In this document: positions 35,591 to 39,977 of the stretch, piece after piece
How the letters are laid out: every line of letters begins with the position of its first letter
How positions within the stretch are numbered: position 1 is the stretch's first letter
From: Callorhinchus milii
Taxonomy: Eukaryota
NCBI RefSeq assembly: GCF_018977255.1
Contig: NW_024705490.1
Span: forward strand, 1-39,977
DNA: 39,977 nt
Reading direction: 5' to 3'
Program-made: the position numbers and the translations under genes
Notes under the pieces: model-generated
Told to the model about the DNA's origin: nothing
The model's input: the letters and a program-made list of their open reading frames with translations, nothing else
Database searches by the model: none

Positions 35591-36284
35591 CTGCGGACAG
35601 TCGAGAAGTTTTTATGTGAAAAAAATAACGGCGCCCGTTTATGTAAACAGGTCCCTGCGGGGTGGGCTGGTAGGAACGAACAAATGAATGGCTATAATAA
35701 AATGAAATGGCGGGGGTACGATACGAAGGGAGAGTTTGAGGCCTAGTTCTAGGCTTTAGGCCTAGCTGTAGGCTTTAGGCCGCTGTGAGTTAATTTTTAA
35801 TTTAAATGTTTTAATTAAAAACTATCTCAGGGAATTATAAGGGAATGTTACACTTGTTTAGCCAGGAAAGCCTCACTGAGTCTAAAGGTTTTTGTAGGGT
35901 CCTGCCAAGTGTTTGCAGTAGGGGGCGATGTTGCTACACCTAATCGGACATCGGACGGACGGACGATATAATCTATTGTAGGCTGGTTCACTTCGTTCCT
36001 ACCAGTATTATTGTAGATAGAAGGCAAGGCCGGCTTCAAATACTTGTGTGTGTTAATTACAGATAAATTGTATATAAACAGTAAAGCTTCAAAAACAAAA
36101 AAGCATCGACACTTAAGTAAATGCATTACGCATTTATATTTCCAAACAATTATGTAGAAAAAAAATATCCTACGTGAATAACATTCTTTAATACAAACTT
36201 AATTTGTAGCTTTCGTGACTGCGGGAATTATTCTTTGGTTGTTTCGGTAAAGTCACGTATAAGGCCTCGACACAGAGGCGTAGT

Positions 36285-36580
36285 TTCTCTGTGTGCCTAT
36301 GTTAGCTCTCTCTCTCTATGTATCTCTGTGATATCTGTCTGCTTATATGTCTGTCTGTGTGTCTATGTTGTGTGTCTCTGTGTGTGTCTCTGTGTGTCTC
36401 TCTCTATGTATCTCTGTGATATCTGTCTGCTTATATGTCTGTCTGTGTGTCTATGTTGTGTCTCTCTCTGTGTGTGTCTCTGTGTGTCTCTGTGTTGTCT
36501 CTCTCTATGTATCTCTGTGATGTCTGTCTCTGCTTATATGTCTGTCTATATGTCTCTGGTTCTGTGTTTTATCTCTCTCT
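36285..36580. repeat. TG/TC-rich minisatellite (~100-bp unit, 3 copies) inside a divergent Penelope-type insertion
   Basis: TCTCTCTATGTATCTCTGTGAT.TCTGTCT..GCTTATATGTCTGTCT repeated three times. Confidence 0.85.
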
Positions 36581-36704
36581 CAAATTTAGCATTCTCAGGA
36601 AGAACGTAATCAACCAGGTAGGGTGTTGACTGTTATGTTATCCGACTCTCTGTTGTATTACATTACATTTCTAAGTATACTAGATTTGTGTTTCTATTTC
36701 ATTT

Positions 36705-36747
36705 ATACCTGATGACGATTGCTTGTGTTGCAATCGAAAAGTCGTAT
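36705..36747 (+). ncRNA. divergent hammerhead motif with compensatory stems
   Basis: AUAC-CUGAUGA-C-GAUUGC/GCAAUC-GAAA-A-GUC-GUAU. Confidence 0.7.
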
Positions 36748-37122
36748 GCAATTATTAAATGTATTATTTTATCTTTATACGTCACTTTACCGAAAGAACC
36801 AAAGAGTCCTTCTGTGTTGTTATTTACTCAGATGGTGAACGACATTTACTGCAAGGGAATTTACTCTGTCCGTAACACAATTGTATTTCAGGTGGAGTTA
36901 TTTGCAGAGAATGTTTTCTGTATTCATTGGTTTTATCTGGTTTGACAATTCGTTTTAAACATGAGACCCGAATGTAACCAGGAGGTACGCATAACTTCAG
37001 ATGCAAAGCAAAAACACTTGACCGCACCTTTGAAAACAAATCTTCCAATGATATAAACATGCTTTACATTGCATAAAGGACACCTAAGGATATATGGTTC
37101 ATGATAAATCTGCAAAACAAAC

Positions 37123-37197
37123 CTTCTGTTTAGTCTCAGTCTTCGTTTTTGCATTTTCCTCTTCCTGTAAAAGATCTGCTGCATTATGATTTGCTTC
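37123..37197 (-). CDS. TTC31: TTC31-like exon (start of coiled coil)
   Basis: CTTACAG|EANHNAADLLQEEENAKTKTETKQK|GTTTGT, phase 0-0; EA..NA..L..EEE pattern. Confidence 0.8.
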
Positions 37198-37489
37198 CTG
37201 TAAGTAAACACCAGACAATTTGAACAACCATCATAGCAATGACATAGCTACACATTGTTCCGTGTTGAAATGGTTTTACACAAAAGCAAGGTTTAGCTGA
37301 AAATCACTTAAGAGGGCTTCATGTTGTGAAGTTTCTCCATTGCAGGCTATGAACTAAGAAAATATTATTCATGCACTACCCCCCCCCCCCCCCCCGTTAG
37401 TTAGTTTCAAGACAAACCCATTATAGCACACGTCCAAATAAAACCATAAATATGGCAACGTTAGCTACGTACCTCGACTGACTCTACGT

Positions 37490-37876
37490 CAGAGGTCGCA
37501 ACCGGGTACCCGATACCCGTACCCTACCTGATACCCGTACCCTACCCAATACCCGGCTACCGTACCCGACTGGACTGGATACGGGTACGAGTACCCGTTT
37601 GCGACCCTGGTGCGGCCGGGTACGGGTACGGGTAGGCCGTGAGTCACTGGTGAGTACTGTGTGTCGCTCATTTCCCAACGTCTTGTCTCTTCTCACAATT
37701 CAAGTGCCTAGAATCAACCCACCCGCGCCTGCAACGTGGCTTCATCCCAGAGGTCGCAATCAGGTACCCGATACTTGTACCCTACCCGTACCCGGCCGGG
37801 TACGGGTAGGGTACCCGTTTGCGACCCTGGTGCGGCCGGGTACGGGTAAGGAATCAAAACCCATTTGCGACCTCTG
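37490..37876. mobile_element. hAT-type MITE, second copy in opposite orientation
   Basis: Same 12-bp TIRs; 8-bp TSD CTCTACGT (37482-37489, 37877-37884). Confidence 0.92.
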
Positions 37877-37886
37877 CTCTACGTAC

Positions 37887-38065
37887 CGTGTGAGCTGTGG
37901 AGGTGTTACTGCTGCTGCTGCTGGCTTGCGTGCCATGGCAGGGTTCACGGCTGCTCTGGCAGGGATAGGCGCTGGGTTCGTGAGAACCCCCGCTTGGGTT
38001 CAACAGGTCATCCACATTGCCGTCATCCGAGATGCAAAACTTGTCTCGATCTCCATTGGAGAATA
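37887..38065 (-). CDS. TTC31: TTC31-like exon (low-complexity linker)
   Basis: CTTGACAG|(V)FSNGDRDKFCISDD..SNTSTAHT|GTACGT, phase 1-0. Confidence 0.65.
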
Positions 38066-39401
38066 CTGTCAAGGGTGGGATTGGCGGTGGTAAAATGTTC
38101 AAAGTTCAGTTGAAATTAATACAGCATGCGGTATACAGGCACACGTACGCCAGCCCGTTGAGATTCGCATGTAATTCATATAAAGTATCCTGCCTATGAG
38201 CTACAAGGCATTACATTCCAAAGACTTAATTCTATGGGAATTCAAATGTTCAAACTGAAAAATATTTGGTCATTGGCTGTTGGTGACAAGGTCCACAAAC
38301 AGCAAACATGAATTTAAATGACGTACACTGGAAAGCATTTCCACAAAGCATTTCTACAAACTTCCAGCAAATCTCATGCATCTTAAGACTTCAAATGCCT
38401 CCTGTGTGAATGTGACTCAAACACAACCACATTCTTATTCACAAAGAAACCACAAGTGTTTGTCAACTTTAATATTTTTTTTACAATGATGTTTTTTTTA
38501 CTTGTGCAGCCCACTGTCAATGGATTCCCTTGATTGTTTTTGTATTCAGGCAATCTCCCACTGCACGAACATAATTACTTTTAAAACAAATACAGGTGGT
38601 AACAAACAACAAAACATAGTCTATTCCAAATATCCAAATACATAAAGTTCGATTTAAAGCTTTCGTTACTGCAGGGATTCATATTTCTTGGTTATTTCGG
38701 TAAAGTCACGTAGAAGGGAAACCATCAAATAATAAAAAAAAACATAATAAAATAATTCTCACGACGTTTCGGCCACAACACAAGTAGCCGTCCTCAGGTG
38801 AAGACAGGTCTGTCGAGGCAACAGCGTCTAAAAGAAAAAAAAACGAAAAAAAACGCTGTTGCCTCGACAGACCTGTCTTCACCTGAGGACGGCTGCTTGT
38901 GTTGTGGCCGAAACGTCGTGAGAATTATTTTATGTTTTATTTTTATTATTTTATTACTTCCCTTCTACGTGACTTTACCGAAAGAACCAAGAAGACAAGA
39001 AATCATCATCAGGTGTGAAATCCACAGCAAGAAAATTAGAAAAAAGTGTCGGTTTTTCCCAACGTCAGCACCACGGATAGCGATTTCCCTTCTACGTGAC
39101 TTCACCGAAAGAACCAAGAATATCCAAATACATAGTTTAGGAATTTAGAAGAATAATATAGTTTTATAATAAAATGTATACATTAGCATGTATTGTTCTT
39201 ACATTTTTAAGGAGCAAGAAAGTTAATTTGGCCCTTGGCACAGAACATGAATCGTGTGGCAAATAGATTTTGACCCGAGGTCTTTCTGGATCGATTTTTC
39301 AAAATGTGCTTCGCATGTCGGGTCATTAGATTATTAAGAGAAAAACATAATAATCATTGAGCTGGTAGTGTACATGATTCTCTGTGTGTTTGTTCACTCA
39401 C

Positions 39402-39477
39402 CAAAACGCCTACGATGAAATGGGAATCCACCCATAGCTCCAAAAAACATCACGTTCAATAAATCCAGTATGTCCTC
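39402..39477 (-). CDS. TTC31: TTC31-like exon (G/F-rich)
   Basis: CTTTTTCAG|EDILDLLNVMFFGAMGGFPFHRRRF(V)|GTGAGT, phase 0-1; the other two frames contain stops. Confidence 0.65.
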
Positions 39478-39611
39478 CTGAAAAAGGTACATCATACAAC
39501 GAGACGATAACATTGACTCATCAACCACAACACGTTTTTAAAACAAATCTACGATATTAGAGTATAAGTGTTGCATTACACGCATTCACATTCATTTTAT
39601 TGGTGGCTTAC

Positions 39612-39680
39612 CAAGCTCATGTGAGCCTCCGTTTTCTCCGCAGCAAGGAGTTGGTATGCTCCTGTAGCTTGCTGAAATCT
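39612..39680 (-). CDS. TTC31: most upstream visible exon of the TTC31-like gene
   Basis: TTTTGTACAATACAG|RFQQATGAYQLLAAEKTEAHMSL|GTAAGC, phase 0-0. Confidence 0.55.
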
Positions 39681-39977
39681 CTGTATTGTACAAAAGGAAA
39701 TTTAAGTTTTGACAGAGGTTGAACACCTTCGACGAAACGATGTGCATTATTCCACGTTGTGTTCAGCTTTCGCAACTTGTGGGATTGAACAACGTCAATG
39801 TCTGTCAAGTGCGTCAGGGGCTTGGCAGCCTGTGATTGTGAATATGTGACAGCCTCACGTAAAAGAAAACGGATTATATTCAAAGAAATGTTGGAGTCCT
39901 CGGCAAACTGCAAAGCTGTAGGCAGCGGTTTCCTCGGGATGATGACATCACAGCAACTGCACCAGCCAATCAGCTGC

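Noticed and set aside
6106..39120. CRISPR-like interpretation of the recurring palindromic motif
   Set aside because: Dispersed with irregular spacing and TSDs, no spacer periodicity or cas genes, eukaryotic context.
39617..39913. 98-aa ORF on the minus strand
   Set aside because: The splice-supported exon 39612-39680 uses a different frame, and the ORF has no recognisable motif.

Overview
Eukaryotic, repeat-rich animal DNA, probably lamprey (inferred from the extremely GC-rich protocadherin exon and the repeat landscape, not proven). It holds: (1) the 3' half of a Ty3/Gypsy LTR retrotransposon (RT-RNaseH-integrase, PPT, 3' LTR; 1-3868); (2) a minus-strand delta-2-type (PCDH17/19-like) protocadherin whose large exon (10489-12319) encodes only four cadherin repeats before the transmembrane segment; (3) a minus-strand multi-exon TTC31-like TPR gene, reconstructed by hand from nine phase-compatible exons (29701-39680) plus a probable terminal exon (20353-20502); (4) a decayed Penelope-like RT/GIY-YIG fragment (31592-32814) and about 20 short Penelope-type insertions, many palindromic, with 11-14 bp target-site duplications and minimal type I hammerhead ribozyme motifs; (5) DINE-1/Helentron-like elements, two hAT MITEs with 8-bp TSDs, CAC..GTG-ended TIR elements, a solo LTR, a tRNA-derived SINE, a fold-back element and simple repeats; (6) after a 30-N gap, a ~7.3 kb block (22374 to ~29690) that looks random, lacks every repeat family found elsewhere and sits where TTC31 exons are expected. 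I regard that block as probably artificial or misassembled and found no biological system in it. All calls were made by eye with no database searches.
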